Below are positions 38,511 through 48,478 of a DNA stretch of 64,000 nucleotides, in pieces; the first letter of the stretch is position 1, and every line of letters begins with the position of its first letter. The notes under the pieces are model-generated. The model saw only the letters and a program-made list of their open reading frames with translations, had not been told where the DNA came from and did not search any database. The position numbers and the translations under genes were made by a program. This DNA is from Candidatus Hermodarchaeota archaeon (GTDB lineage: Archaea > Asgardarchaeota > Thorarchaeia > Thorarchaeales > Thorarchaeaceae): assembly GCA_048885865.1 (NCBI GenBank), contig JBHLLF010000015.1, positions 1 through 64,000 on the forward strand, given 5' to 3'.

Positions 38511-40298
38511 ATGCGTGCCAATGAATTGAGAGCGCTGTACTTGAAGTTCTTCAAAGAGAAGAAACATGCAATAATAGGCTCTGCTTCGCTGATGCCTGAA
38601 AATGATCCTACTGCGCTCTATGTCATGGCAGGCATGCATCCACTCATGCCATTCCTGCTGGGCCAGCCCCATCCAGAAGGGAAACGCTTGGCCAATGTCC
38701 AGAAGTGTATTCGAACCATAGACATTGACGAGGTTGGCGACACAACACATCTCACATTCTTCGAGATGCTAGGAAACTGGAGCCTCAATGACTACTGGAA
38801 AAAAGAGGCGATAACATGGAGTTACGAGTTCCTCACATCCAAGAAGTGGCTGGGATTTGCCCCTGAGAAGCTTTCAGTCACTGTGTTTGAGGGTGATGAT
38901 GATGCACCAAGGGATAATGAAGCAGTTGAAATATGGCGCTCTGTAGGCATTCCAGACGAGCACATCTATTACCTTCCGAAAGAGGACAACTGGTGGGGTC
39001 CCCCTGGCAAGGTAGGCCCGTGTGGGCCATGCACAGAGATGTTCATTGAGGTAGATGAGATTCCAAAGTGCGGCCCTGATTGTAAACCTGGGTGTCACTG
39101 CGGACATTTTGTAGAAGTTTGGAACGATGTCTTCATGGAATACAACCTGAAAGAAGATGGCATCTACGAGAAACTGGAGCAGAGGAATATTGACACTGGT
39201 ATGGGAGTCGAGAGGACTGTAGCCATGTTACAAGGGGTTCCATCTGTCTTCGATATCGAGCTCTTCATTCCACTTATTGAGAAGATTAGGATGCTCTCAG
39301 GAAAAGATGTGATGTCTGAGGAAGAAGACCGGCTCGCAAAGATAATAGCTGACCATGTTAAGTCAGCTGTGATGATAATGGCAGACGATGCTCAAATTGC
39401 CCCCTCAAATGTAGAGCATGGATATATCGTGCGGAGACTCTTGAGAAAGGCGATTCTCAGCGCAGACAAACTTGGCATTGGCAAGGGATTCATGGAGGCA
39501 CTCGCGGACATCACAATCGAGATGTATAAGGATGTCTACGAAGAAGTTGAAAGGAATCGCGACTTCATCAAGAAGAATTTGGAGGGTGAAGAGGCTAAAT
39601 TCCGCAAGACCTTGCGGAAGGCACTTGGCAAGTTTGATAGAATGTTCCAAGAGAATGGGACGATCACAGGAAAGGACGCATTTCTTCTATTCACTAGCTT
39701 TGGACTTCCTCTTGAGATGACAAGGGATTTGGCCGAGGAAAAAGGCATAAAGATTGACCTTGATGAGTTTCGGAAGGAGTTTGAACATCACAGAGACATA
39801 TCAAGAACTGCGACTGAGGGGAAATTCAAGGGTGGCCTTGCAGATCATGGTAAAGAGCATACCAAGCTCCATACAGCAACTCATCTGTTGCAGGCAGCAC
39901 TGAGAAAGGTCCTTGGCGACAAAGTACAGCAGAGCGGTAGCAACATCACAAAGGAGCGGCTTCGATTTGACTTTACGTTCGATCGTAAGCTTACGGCAGA
40001 AGAGGTACAGGAAGTAGAGGACCTGGTCAATGGTATCATCAAAGACGACCTAGAAGTGACAAGGGAGTTCATGCCGTACGAGGACGCAATAGCCAAAGGT
40101 GCGATGGCGTTCTTCAAGGAAACATATGGAGACACAGTTTCTGTGTATTCAGTGGGCGGCTTTAGCATGGAACTCTGTGGTGGACCCCATGTCGAACGAA
40201 CTGGCATACTGGGCAATTTCAAAATCACCAAGCAAAAGAAGATTGGTGCAGGAATCATGAGAATCCGTGCGATTCTTGAGCCTGTTGATGCATCCTAG
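38511..40298 (+). CDS. alaS: Alanine-tRNA ligase, short form without the C-Ala domain
   Basis: AGMHPL, QKCIRT, HLTFFEMLGNWS, GPCGPCTE, IDTGMG.ER, HTATHLL, ELCGGPHV; 595 aa. Confidence 0.97.
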   Translation: MRANELRALYLKFFKEKKHAIIGSASLMPENDPTALYVMAGMHPLMPFLLGQPHPEGKRLANVQKCIRTIDIDEVGDTTHLTFFEMLGNWSLNDYWKKEAITWSYEFLTSKKWLGFAPEKLSVTVFEGDDDAPRDNEAVEIWRSVGIPDEHIYYLPKEDNWWGPPGKVGPCGPCTEMFIEVDEIPKCGPDCKPGCHCGHFVEVWNDVFMEYNLKEDGIYEKLEQRNIDTGMGVERTVAMLQGVPSVFDIELFIPLIEKIRMLSGKDVMSEEEDRLAKIIADHVKSAVMIMADDAQIAPSNVEHGYIVRRLLRKAILSADKLGIGKGFMEALADITIEMYKDVYEEVERNRDFIKKNLEGEEAKFRKTLRKALGKFDRMFQENGTITGKDAFLLFTSFGLPLEMTRDLAEEKGIKIDLDEFRKEFEHHRDISRTATEGKFKGGLADHGKEHTKLHTATHLLQAALRKVLGDKVQQSGSNITKERLRFDFTFDRKLTAEEVQEVEDLVNGIIKDDLEVTREFMPYEDAIAKGAMAFFKETYGDTVSVYSVGGFSMELCGGPHVERTGILGNFKITKQKKIGAGIMRIRAILEPVDAS

Positions 40299-40440
40299 GG
40301 ACTGAAAGAGTGCGAAATATCAGGACGGCTTCAAGCGCAACGCCCATATTGCCTCGCTACGATAGAAGCAACAGAGAGGGATTTTTGAGTCCCTTTGCTC
40401 TCCCAAGATGGAGCGCATTATTCAAACTGAGTGAAAGAAA

Positions 40441-41103
40441 ATGGGAACGTTTTCGAGGATTTTTGGTCTTGGAGATAAAGACCTCCAGAAGCAGGCTGAT
40501 GAGCTTCTTTTGAAACTAAGCAAAGCATTGCAATCAGCTAGTGCAAAACTGCATGTCTGTACTGATGACTGGGAAGACGGCAAGATGAAGCATCTTGAGG
40601 AGTTGCAAGATGAAATAATCACCCTTGAGAGAGAAGCAGATGCAGTCAAGGAGGAGTTGTATGAGAAGATATTCTCTAAGCGAGCATATCTCCCTCAGCA
40701 GACCCAAGAACGATATCAACTAGTCCAGCACATGGACAGCGTGGTGGATGCCTCTGAGGAGGCAGTCAGGATGATGCTTGTGGGAAGAGACTACAAGCCA
40801 CCTGAGGAGTTAACAGATATTGCTGAAAAGAGCTGGATCTGCACAGACCTCCTACAAGACGCAGTCAAATATCTATTCACAGATTTCAAGAAATCTGTGG
40901 ATATAACTATCAAAATCGACAGAGTCAGAGAAGAGGCAAGAGACCTCCATTTCAAACTGCTTGAGAACCTGTTTAATGACAAGAAGTATACAGCAAAGCA
41001 AGTCAGCATGTTTCGTGCAGTATCAGAGAGGCTCATTCTTGTAGCTGTCAGGGCTGAGGACACAGGCGATTTCATCCGCACTATAGTGCTGAAGTACTCA
41101 TAA
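40441..41103 (+). CDS. DUF47/PhoU-like phosphate transport regulator
   Basis: LEREADAVK, YLP...ER..L...MD.VVD; adjacent to PiT. Confidence 0.85.
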   Translation: MGTFSRIFGLGDKDLQKQADELLLKLSKALQSASAKLHVCTDDWEDGKMKHLEELQDEIITLEREADAVKEELYEKIFSKRAYLPQQTQERYQLVQHMDSVVDASEEAVRMMLVGRDYKPPEELTDIAEKSWICTDLLQDAVKYLFTDFKKSVDITIKIDRVREEARDLHFKLLENLFNDKKYTAKQVSMFRAVSERLILVAVRAEDTGDFIRTIVLKYS

Positions 41104-41122
41104 TCAGGGAGGACCTCAGGAA

Positions 41123-42151
41123 TTGGAGCCAGTCCTACTAGGCGTATTGCTCATCATCAGCTTTCTTGTTGCGTTTGCCATTGGAAGCAATGACGAGGCA
41201 ATGGCACCGGCTGTTGGGGCAAGAGTCTTCACACTTAATGCAGCTGTTGCCATTGGCGGACTAATAACCATGTTGGGGGCAGTTACTATGGGCGGCAATG
41301 TTTCTGAGAAAGTTGGCTCTGACTTGGTAGGGGGCCTGACGCTTTCCACTGAAATGGTATTTGCTATTCTAATATCAATGGCAATTTGGCTATTGATAGC
41401 ATCTGCAACCAAAGGGCTTCCAATTAGCACGACACAATGCATAGTGGGGTCTGTGATTGGTGTGGCTGCATTCGCTCCCGTGATGGGATTTATTGGATGG
41501 GGGGCTGAGGCGATAGACTGGTTTGTTGTACTGGAAGTATTTGCAGGCTGGATAATTTCGCCAATAATTGGCTTCCTAATCGCTGCAGCAGTCTTTGCGT
41601 TGGTAAGACGCATCCAGAAGCGAGCAGAAGGATTCTCTGAATTCGAGCGACAGGAAAGGATTGCTTCCTATGGTCTAGCAGCTTTTTTGATATGGACTTC
41701 CTTAAGTAGAGGAGGGAATGATGTAGCCAATGCTATAGCTCCCATTGTAGTGCTTCCTGATTTCCAAGGCACGGTCGATTTTGGAATTATCGTCCTACCC
41801 ACTCTGTTGTTACCACTTCTCATTGGTGGTTTTGGAATGGCTCTAGGACTGATTATTGTTGGTAGAAGGGTGATTAGAACACTTGCAACTGAAGTTGTGA
41901 CTCTTTCTCCTTCTTCGGCGCTTGCTGCGAGTGTGTCTGTGGCTCTGATAATGTTCGTTGGAACTCTTCTTGGATTGCCTCTTAGTGGAACCCATGTCCT
42001 TGTTGCAGCTCTAATTGCGGTGGGGTGGGTGTCAGAAACGCCTGTTCAGATGAAACAAGTAAAGGACATTCTGATATCATGGATTATAACCGTGCCAATC
42101 TCAGCAATCCTTGGAATGGTGGTTTTTGCGGCAATTCTTGGATTCGTCTAG
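41123..42151 (+). CDS. Inorganic phosphate transporter (PiT family)
   Basis: GSND, GLPISTT..IVGSVIG, GGNDVANA, GLPLSGTH. Confidence 0.93.
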   Translation: MEPVLLGVLLIISFLVAFAIGSNDEAMAPAVGARVFTLNAAVAIGGLITMLGAVTMGGNVSEKVGSDLVGGLTLSTEMVFAILISMAIWLLIASATKGLPISTTQCIVGSVIGVAAFAPVMGFIGWGAEAIDWFVVLEVFAGWIISPIIGFLIAAAVFALVRRIQKRAEGFSEFERQERIASYGLAAFLIWTSLSRGGNDVANAIAPIVVLPDFQGTVDFGIIVLPTLLLPLLIGGFGMALGLIIVGRRVIRTLATEVVTLSPSSALAASVSVALIMFVGTLLGLPLSGTHVLVAALIAVGWVSETPVQMKQVKDILISWIITVPISAILGMVVFAAILGFV

Positions 42152-42157
42152 TCATGA

Positions 42158-42898
42158 TTACACGATATCAGGGATTTTATGAACAAGAATGTGATTCTTT
42201 GCCAATTTGCCCAATTCATTGGCTTCATCCTCTGATAGATGCACCCGATGCTCAGATGCAGGAGTTTCTTTTCTAGTGGCTTCAATTATCGCTAAGTCAG
42301 CTCCACGGACAATATCTTCAGCACCTATGCACATTCGCGTGTCGCCAGTGTAGGCAATAACTGTATCACCCACACGCACTCGATAACCTAAGGCGGGCAT
42401 GAGCTTATCCTGATCAGTTGTATTCTCCATTCCGAAATGACACACTTCGATCGCCCTCACTTTGAAGAAGTCGGTATCAAACCCCGTCCCATGTGCTAAT
42501 TCATGATACCAGAATTCGAATTGTAGAGATTCCTTGTAGGCGTTTCTGAATCCTCTGATGCTCTGAATTGCTTCTATGCAATCTACCGGGAGAAGAATGT
42601 GCAACTTCTCAGACCTCTTCATCATCCGAAGAAATCCAAGGAGTGAATGGACACCTCCCATATGGTCGAAATGTCCGTGCGTTATGGCGATCAAGTCCAA
42701 ATCGTGGACGAAGTGGATACCAATATGCAGCAAAATGTCGCGAAGGGCGCCATCACCGACATCCAGAAGCATAATTCTTCCAGTGAACTTTGAAATGAGG
42801 ACAATAATGGTGCCTACGCCAGCAGCACTGAATGGAATTCTCACTTCCACCTCATCATTCTCCCATACAAAAGGACCGGTGTCATTCATCTTCATCAC
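42158..42898 (-). CDS. Metallo-beta-lactamase fold hydrolase (RNase Z-like)
   Basis: LLDVGDG, THGHFDHMGG, AYTGDT, EAT, HL, LVH. Confidence 0.85.
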   Translation of the reverse strand: MMKMNDTGPFVWENDEVEVRIPFSAAGVGTIIVLISKFTGRIMLLDVGDGALRDILLHIGIHFVHDLDLIAITHGHFDHMGGVHSLLGFLRMMKRSEKLHILLPVDCIEAIQSIRGFRNAYKESLQFEFWYHELAHGTGFDTDFFKVRAIEVCHFGMENTTDQDKLMPALGYRVRVGDTVIAYTGDTRMCIGAEDIVRGADLAIIEATRKETPASEHRVHLSEDEANELGKLAKNHILVHKIPDIV

Positions 42899-42949
42899 AT
42901 TATTGGCCTATGGGAGGAGCCGGGACAGCCCCTCCAAAGGTGTAGAACC

Positions 42950-44173
42950 CTACTGGTCGTAACCAAGTTTTGGTACTCTCGCTAGGAAGTTCATGAAATA
43001 GGCGATTAGGACGGACACTACTAGACCTGCTGCAGCGTATAGGAGAGAGTCCACCAGAGTCGGCGTTGCTCCACTCAGAATCTGGAGCCAGCTCCAATAG
43101 AATCCTGCAATGGTCATTCCTGCGAATGCTACCTTCATCAATGGAACTTTGACGCTTCGCGTCTGGAAGATTCCCATATCAGTGAGCGCCGCAGCCAGTG
43201 CACCACCCTTGGCGGGCTTGAGCTTCAGTTTCTTTGAGAAAGATCCAACTGTGACTTTGCTCTTTGGTCTTACTACCTTCATCGCCTTTGGCGCATATTC
43301 TGCAATGTCCTCGGAGAAGTATCTCACTGCTGATGACTCATCAATGCCACACTTTGAACATTCAACAGCATCCTTCTTCCACTTCTTCCCGCACTTGGGG
43401 CATCTTTTGTGGTCCCAGGATTTTCCAGCTGCATCACTGACTCGGCGGACTAACTCATCCTTGCTGATCGTTTCTCCACCTTTCTTAGGTTTTCGTCGTA
43501 AGACTACTGCAGCGGGGAAGATTCCTACATCTGAACCTCTCTTTGCTCCGCGCATCTTCCGTGCAGCCAAGATTCCCTTCTGGAAATCATCAAGGGCCAT
43601 AAGAAGCGAAAAGACAGCCATCACAGTGAAACCCACGGTAACCAGTCCAGTAACTGACATAATGGCGGCCGCGCCTGTGGCTCCTATCTGTAAGACAAAA
43701 TCCTCAGGCAGTGTAACATTAGTACCTGGGTCACTGAGCAAGGAGTAGATGAAGGCTACTTCGCCAATGATGGTCCCGGATATCAGGTCGATGCCTCCGA
43801 AACTAAGCATCGAGCCGAGGGGTATCGATTCATTGACTAACGGTATGGGAACTCCTGCAGGTACAGTTGATCCAATTGGAATCTCCTGATTGATAAACGG
43901 AAATCCCATGTATTGAATCACGAATCTCATGGCATGGATAGTGAGGTTTTGAATAGCCTCAATTGTCAGTTCAAGCTCGAGGTCAGTAGTCAAGTTGTAG
44001 GGGATTGGAGCTGCAACATCTGATTCAGCAGCTGATACCTCATTGACTTCTAAGAGGAATTTCAGGGCATCATCTTCAGTCCAAGTCTGAGCGTGGACTG
44101 TGGATAGTGGATACACGCAGAGAATTCCAGCAATAAAAAGAATGAATGCAAGGTGTGGTAGCGTCCTTTTCAT
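42950..44173 (-). CDS. Membrane protein: ectodomain, TM, basic cytoplasmic Zn-ribbon domain, two C-terminal TM
   Basis: Signal peptide; CPKC-x9-CSKC; Lys-rich middle region. Confidence 0.75.
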   Translation of the reverse strand: MKRTLPHLAFILFIAGILCVYPLSTVHAQTWTEDDALKFLLEVNEVSAAESDVAAPIPYNLTTDLELELTIEAIQNLTIHAMRFVIQYMGFPFINQEIPIGSTVPAGVPIPLVNESIPLGSMLSFGGIDLISGTIIGEVAFIYSLLSDPGTNVTLPEDFVLQIGATGAAAIMSVTGLVTVGFTVMAVFSLLMALDDFQKGILAARKMRGAKRGSDVGIFPAAVVLRRKPKKGGETISKDELVRRVSDAAGKSWDHKRCPKCGKKWKKDAVECSKCGIDESSAVRYFSEDIAEYAPKAMKVVRPKSKVTVGSFSKKLKLKPAKGGALAAALTDMGIFQTRSVKVPLMKVAFAGMTIAGFYWSWLQILSGATPTLVDSLLYAAAGLVVSVLIAYFMNFLARVPKLGYDQ

Positions 44174-44254
44174 TTCGAGTGAGCCTCCAACGGCAAAAGC
44201 ATCGCGCGTTGGTAGGTTTGCATTGCTTTAATGGTTATCGAGTTTATATTGCTA

Positions 44255-44659
44255 CTATCCACCAGTTGCCTCTCGAAGTTGTCGATCAAACTCTTCGTCA
44301 TCTTCCTCAGGATCGAATATGACATGGCGCTTGGGAGGCGGCTCTGCGAATGGCTCCCAGTGCAATGCAGCTCCAACTCCTATCCCCCCAAAAGTAGTCA
44401 TTATGCTTAGCAGGAACATCAGACTTAACCTGGCTGCTTCCTCATCTGGAGGAACATCTGGTCTGGCAACGATTATGCCAGTGTTCTGTAGAACTAATGC
44501 GATGATGACTCCCCCAATTAGTCCAACAGTCAGAGTAATGAAAAAGCGATCTCTAGTACTCAGGGACTTGGATGCACCCAAGATATATCCCACGAGAAAG
44601 CCAACCATGAGTCCTGGAAGACCTGCATATAGCGCATCAAAGATGGAGATTTGCAGCAT
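44255..44659 (-). CDS. Hypothetical 3-TM membrane protein
   Basis: Three hydrophobic helices, acidic C-terminal tail. Confidence 0.7.
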   Translation of the reverse strand: MLQISIFDALYAGLPGLMVGFLVGYILGASKSLSTRDRFFITLTVGLIGGVIIALVLQNTGIIVARPDVPPDEEAARLSLMFLLSIMTTFGGIGVGAALHWEPFAEPPPKRHVIFDPEEDDEEFDRQLREATGG

Positions 44660-44776
44660 TTTTCATTCCTCTTGTTGGACTGATAAATAACTGACCTCTC
44701 ATAACACTTCCCATCCAGACCGCACATCACAACAGTTTTACTCGTAGATTTCTCTCATCGTGATGAGGTCGAAAGG

Positions 44777-45337
44777 GTGAACGCTAGCGAAGGACTCATT
44801 CTTAGCGAGATTCTGAAGAGACGTAGTGGGAGGGCATATTCTGATAGGCCGGTCTCTGATGACATGTTGGAGTCCATCTTGGAGGCAGGAAGACGAGCAC
44901 CATCTTGTGCGAACACCCAAGCCTGGAACTTTGTCGTGTTGAAGAGTCCCGATAAGCTAGCAATGGCACATGAAGCCTTGAGTAGAGGAAACGCATGGGG
45001 AAAAAGGGCACCAGTTATGATCATAGTTGCAGCCAAAGAAGATGGTGGGTGTTCATCTCACGGGTTGCCATACTTCATGATGGATGTTGGACTTGCGACA
45101 GAGAATATCCTCCTACAGACTGTCCACTTGGGTCTCCTGGGTCATCCGACAGCTGGGTGGAATGAGGACAGGATGAAAGAGATAACTGGAATACCCGATG
45201 AGTATAGAATTGTAACAGTGATATTCATCGGCTATGAGGGTGACATTGACCTGCTGGATGAGAGAAATAGAGAGAAAGAGAAGAAGCCGTTTACTAGAAG
45301 GCCGCTCTCAGAGATTGTCCACTGGGATAGCTGGTAG
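44777..45337 (+). CDS. Nitroreductase family protein
   Basis: RRSGRAY, APSCANTQAW, DVGLATENILL. Confidence 0.92.
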   Translation: MNASEGLILSEILKRRSGRAYSDRPVSDDMLESILEAGRRAPSCANTQAWNFVVLKSPDKLAMAHEALSRGNAWGKRAPVMIIVAAKEDGGCSSHGLPYFMMDVGLATENILLQTVHLGLLGHPTAGWNEDRMKEITGIPDEYRIVTVIFIGYEGDIDLLDERNREKEKKPFTRRPLSEIVHWDSW

Positions 45338-45338
45338 T

Positions 45339-45506
45339 CTATGGATTATACTCCATGACCTGCCCACAATGATCAGGCATGTCTTGATGTCCACACTGAG
45401 GACCCATCCAACAAACCAGCTGGTCACCTTCTTGGTGCATCTCCTTTCCGCAGTGAACAGGAACTTTTACCTTTTCTCCACATTTTGCACACACTAGTTC
45501 TGCCAT
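45339..45506 (-). CDS. Small double desulforedoxin-like metal-binding protein
   Basis: CAKC..PVHCGKEM and CWMGPQC..PDHCGQVM; GGAG RBS. Confidence 0.7.
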   Translation of the reverse strand: MAELVCAKCGEKVKVPVHCGKEMHQEGDQLVCWMGPQCGHQDMPDHCGQVMEYNP

Positions 45507-45715
45507 TCGAAACAAAATCTCCATTCAAAGTCATTGCACGATCTGTGCATCATTAACAATAGTGAAAATAGTGTTGCTATAAACGTTTGGCTGGAGGAAA
45601 GATGCTTTCGTGAGATAACAAGAACTTCATGGCATTGGAATGAACTAAGATATGACAACGGCTCTATGATACTGAGGGGTGACTTCGCGGACCTTTTTTT
45701 CTTGGAATGATTCAA

Positions 45716-46975
45716 CTACTTTGGGAGGTACTTATCTGGGTCCTCTGAATACACCTTTTCTTCTGTCTTGTGAGCGCCTGGTGTGTCAAGCTCTATGTCA
45801 CGTTTCAAGTTCCGGTCAAGTGACAGAATCTCCTTGAATATCTCATTCTGGACTATGAGGCGTTGTACCTCGTTACTGCCTGTCCAAATGGTGGCCAGCC
45901 TCGCATCACGATAGAGCCGCTCAATTGGATAGACATCGGTATATCCGATTCCACCAAGAATCTGCATTGCTTCATGCACAGCTTTGAAGCCAGCTTCAGT
46001 GCTATACGCCTTTGCTTGAGAGACCTCCTTTCTACACCAGGCACCTGTATCAGCTACCTTGGCTGCACGATATACCAAGCCACGTGCGGCATCGAGCTCT
46101 GTCACGCAATCTGCCACCTTGAAGCTAACGGCTTCAAACCTGCGTATTGGCTTACCGAAAGCTTCACGCTTGTCCGCATATCTAGCTGCAAGCTCAATTG
46201 TCACTTGGCCCAATCCAATTGCACCTGCAGCAGATGTCAGGCGTTCCGGAACCATCATGGCGTTGAACACGTCATTTCCGCCATGCAGTGCTCCAACGAG
46301 ATTGGACTCTGGAACCTCCACGTCTGACATCACGATTCGTGCCGCACCCATGCCACGACAACCCATGAGCTCGTATTCCTCTTGGACTTTGACTCCTGCG
46401 TCACGGTCCACTAGAAACGCACTCAACGATTTATGCGGTGGAGCTTCAAAGCCAGTCTTGGCATACACCAAGAAATAATCAGCTCCAACTCCCCCCGCCA
46501 CAAATCGTTTCTCCCCATTTATGACGAATGTATCACCATTCTTTATGGCGGTGGTGTTTGTGCCGAAGAAGTCCGATCCGCCCCTAGGCTCGGTCAGACC
46601 CTCGCCACAAATCTTCTCACCTTTGAGTGTTGGTAGCAAGTATTCTCGCTTCTGTTCCTCTGTGCCGTACTTCTCTATGCCTTCCCCTATTATGCTAGGA
46701 AGTGAATAGGCACATCCGAGAGAGATTCCTAAAACACCTACTTCCTCCACCGCAAGCATCTCAGATACCCAACCAAGCCCTCTGCCCCCATATTCTTCTG
46801 GAAATCGGAGACCGAGTAGATTAGCTTTTGCAGCAGCCTTGACAAATTCATAGGGATACTCTTTCTCTTTTGAGTCCATGGCAACAATCAGGCTTGGGTC
46901 CACTTTATCACGGACAAATGCGCGAACCTCGTCACGCAACTTCTTTTCTTCATCACTCATTAGAATATCAAACAT
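45716..46975 (-). CDS. Acyl-CoA dehydrogenase
   Basis: GLTEPRGGSD, INGEKRF, R.AFGKPI, QILGGIGY, ERLYRDAR...IWTGSNEVQR. Confidence 0.95.
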   Translation of the reverse strand: MFDILMSDEEKKLRDEVRAFVRDKVDPSLIVAMDSKEKEYPYEFVKAAAKANLLGLRFPEEYGGRGLGWVSEMLAVEEVGVLGISLGCAYSLPSIIGEGIEKYGTEEQKREYLLPTLKGEKICGEGLTEPRGGSDFFGTNTTAIKNGDTFVINGEKRFVAGGVGADYFLVYAKTGFEAPPHKSLSAFLVDRDAGVKVQEEYELMGCRGMGAARIVMSDVEVPESNLVGALHGGNDVFNAMMVPERLTSAAGAIGLGQVTIELAARYADKREAFGKPIRRFEAVSFKVADCVTELDAARGLVYRAAKVADTGAWCRKEVSQAKAYSTEAGFKAVHEAMQILGGIGYTDVYPIERLYRDARLATIWTGSNEVQRLIVQNEIFKEILSLDRNLKRDIELDTPGAHKTEEKVYSEDPDKYLPK

Positions 46976-46999
46976 TGTCGGTTCCTCGCGGATAGATAG

Positions 47000-47356
47000 C
47001 TATGCGCCGCGCAATAAAGAGTCTAGGGTGTCTTGAGACCCAGGGTCCCTCCGGATATGAATGGCGTCAGTTGGACATACTAGCTCGCATGCTAGGCACA
47101 GGATACACTCAGCATCAAGAACAGGATCCACGACATCGTCGCCATCATCGGAAACCCAAGCCGTGAAAACATCCACAGGACATGCAATCACGCACTTCAT
47201 GCAACCGGTACACGACTCAAAATGCACACCGGCAATGTCACCATGAATCCGACCAGCTCTCTTATCGTTTGACCAGACTGGATGGCCTTCGTGCGAGTCA
47301 ATTATTGACCAAGTGGTTCGAAATGTCTTATCAATGGGCACATGGCGTATTTCCAC
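47000..47356 (-). CDS. 2x[4Fe-4S] ferredoxin with N-terminal extension
   Basis: CTGCMKCVIACP and CILCLACELVCP. Confidence 0.9.
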   Translation of the reverse strand: MEIRHVPIDKTFRTTWSIIDSHEGHPVWSNDKRAGRIHGDIAGVHFESCTGCMKCVIACPVDVFTAWVSDDGDDVVDPVLDAECILCLACELVCPTDAIHIRRDPGSQDTLDSLLRGA

Positions 47357-47438
47357 AGTGGGGCTTTAGAATATACCGTGAGAATGATAGATGATGCTCT
47401 AGCCGTTTCATTGACGAAAAGGCTTTCCAATTCATCAA

Positions 47439-48326
47439 TCATCTGCCTATATCAGACTCTTTGAGGAGATACTCAAGAACACTCTGCCAGATTGTGCCAT
47501 CCTCTCTCCACTTGTTCTCGAAGTTGTTTGTATTGACCCACTCTCTCAAAGCATTCGTGGCATCAGATGAGAATTCTTCTTCTACTGCTGTGAGGAAACC
47601 CTGCTTTACAAGAGCCTGCTGAATCTTCAGTGAAATACTTCCCTCTATGCGATGCAACATGCTAGGATCTTCTCTATTCAAGAGTGTCATGTCATATAGA
47701 GCAAAGATACGTTCTAGTTCCTCAATCGGTTTTGGATGATCATCGACCCTTACATCAACATATCTATCATTTCCACCCTCATAGCCGCCTTCCTTCCTGA
47801 CCACAAGGATTGCTGCAGACTGCATTCCTCTTCTGTCGCCGCCAGCCGCCTGTCCAGCATTGAGTGCAGCAAACAGTCTGTCTATCAGATCCCCCTCTGT
47901 CTTCTCATATGCTTCGGCCATATTCTTGACAACGGCTTCACCTGCTAAGATGTTCCCTTGACACGCATATCCATCACCAACCACATGACCTGCCCACTCC
48001 ATGCATTCTTTCCCTGTGTGTGAAACGGCAAGGCCATTGTCATCGACAATTCCAACTTGTCTATGCTCAACCTTGTCATCACCCTTCAGTAAGGCCTTCA
48101 GGGTTTCTGAAGCATTCTTTCCTTCAGAAAGGAGATCGAGTCCTCTTGGACCGTAGGAAGTATTAGCCCAAGCCTGAGTCGCCACTCCTCCTGCCTCAGC
48201 TAATGCCCATGGGACAACAGCGCCTACTGCAGGAAACTTCGACTGTACAATGATTCCAATATCACCATTTGAGGGGTCTCTTGCCACAACAGAGAAGGTC
48301 GATGGACAACAGCATCTTTTCACCAT
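47439..48326 (-). CDS. DUF1028 (Ntn-hydrolase-like) protein
   Basis: TFSVVARD, GGVATQA, RQVGIVD, QGNILAG, GGDRRG.QSAA, RVDDH. Confidence 0.9.
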   Translation of the reverse strand: MVKRCCCPSTFSVVARDPSNGDIGIIVQSKFPAVGAVVPWALAEAGGVATQAWANTSYGPRGLDLLSEGKNASETLKALLKGDDKVEHRQVGIVDDNGLAVSHTGKECMEWAGHVVGDGYACQGNILAGEAVVKNMAEAYEKTEGDLIDRLFAALNAGQAAGGDRRGMQSAAILVVRKEGGYEGGNDRYVDVRVDDHPKPIEELERIFALYDMTLLNREDPSMLHRIEGSISLKIQQALVKQGFLTAVEEEFSSDATNALREWVNTNNFENKWREDGTIWQSVLEYLLKESDIGR

Positions 48327-48478
48327 TTGTCACCTCTAGAGAACAACGAGTGTTTAGAACCCGTTCCTCTTTAGGTAGCCGGTTCAATGAGGAGAAAAAT
48401 AAAACAAATCTTAAGAGAAGGAAGTCCTGAAGGAGGGATGCCTTCCCCGGGGTGACTGATTCAGGAGACTAGCAATCG

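Noticed and set aside
40298-40440. Possible structured leader RNA before the DUF47/PiT operon (GGGACT...AGTCCC)
   Set aside because: The pairing is short, can be explained as the alaS 3' hairpin, and matches no riboswitch consensus I recognise.
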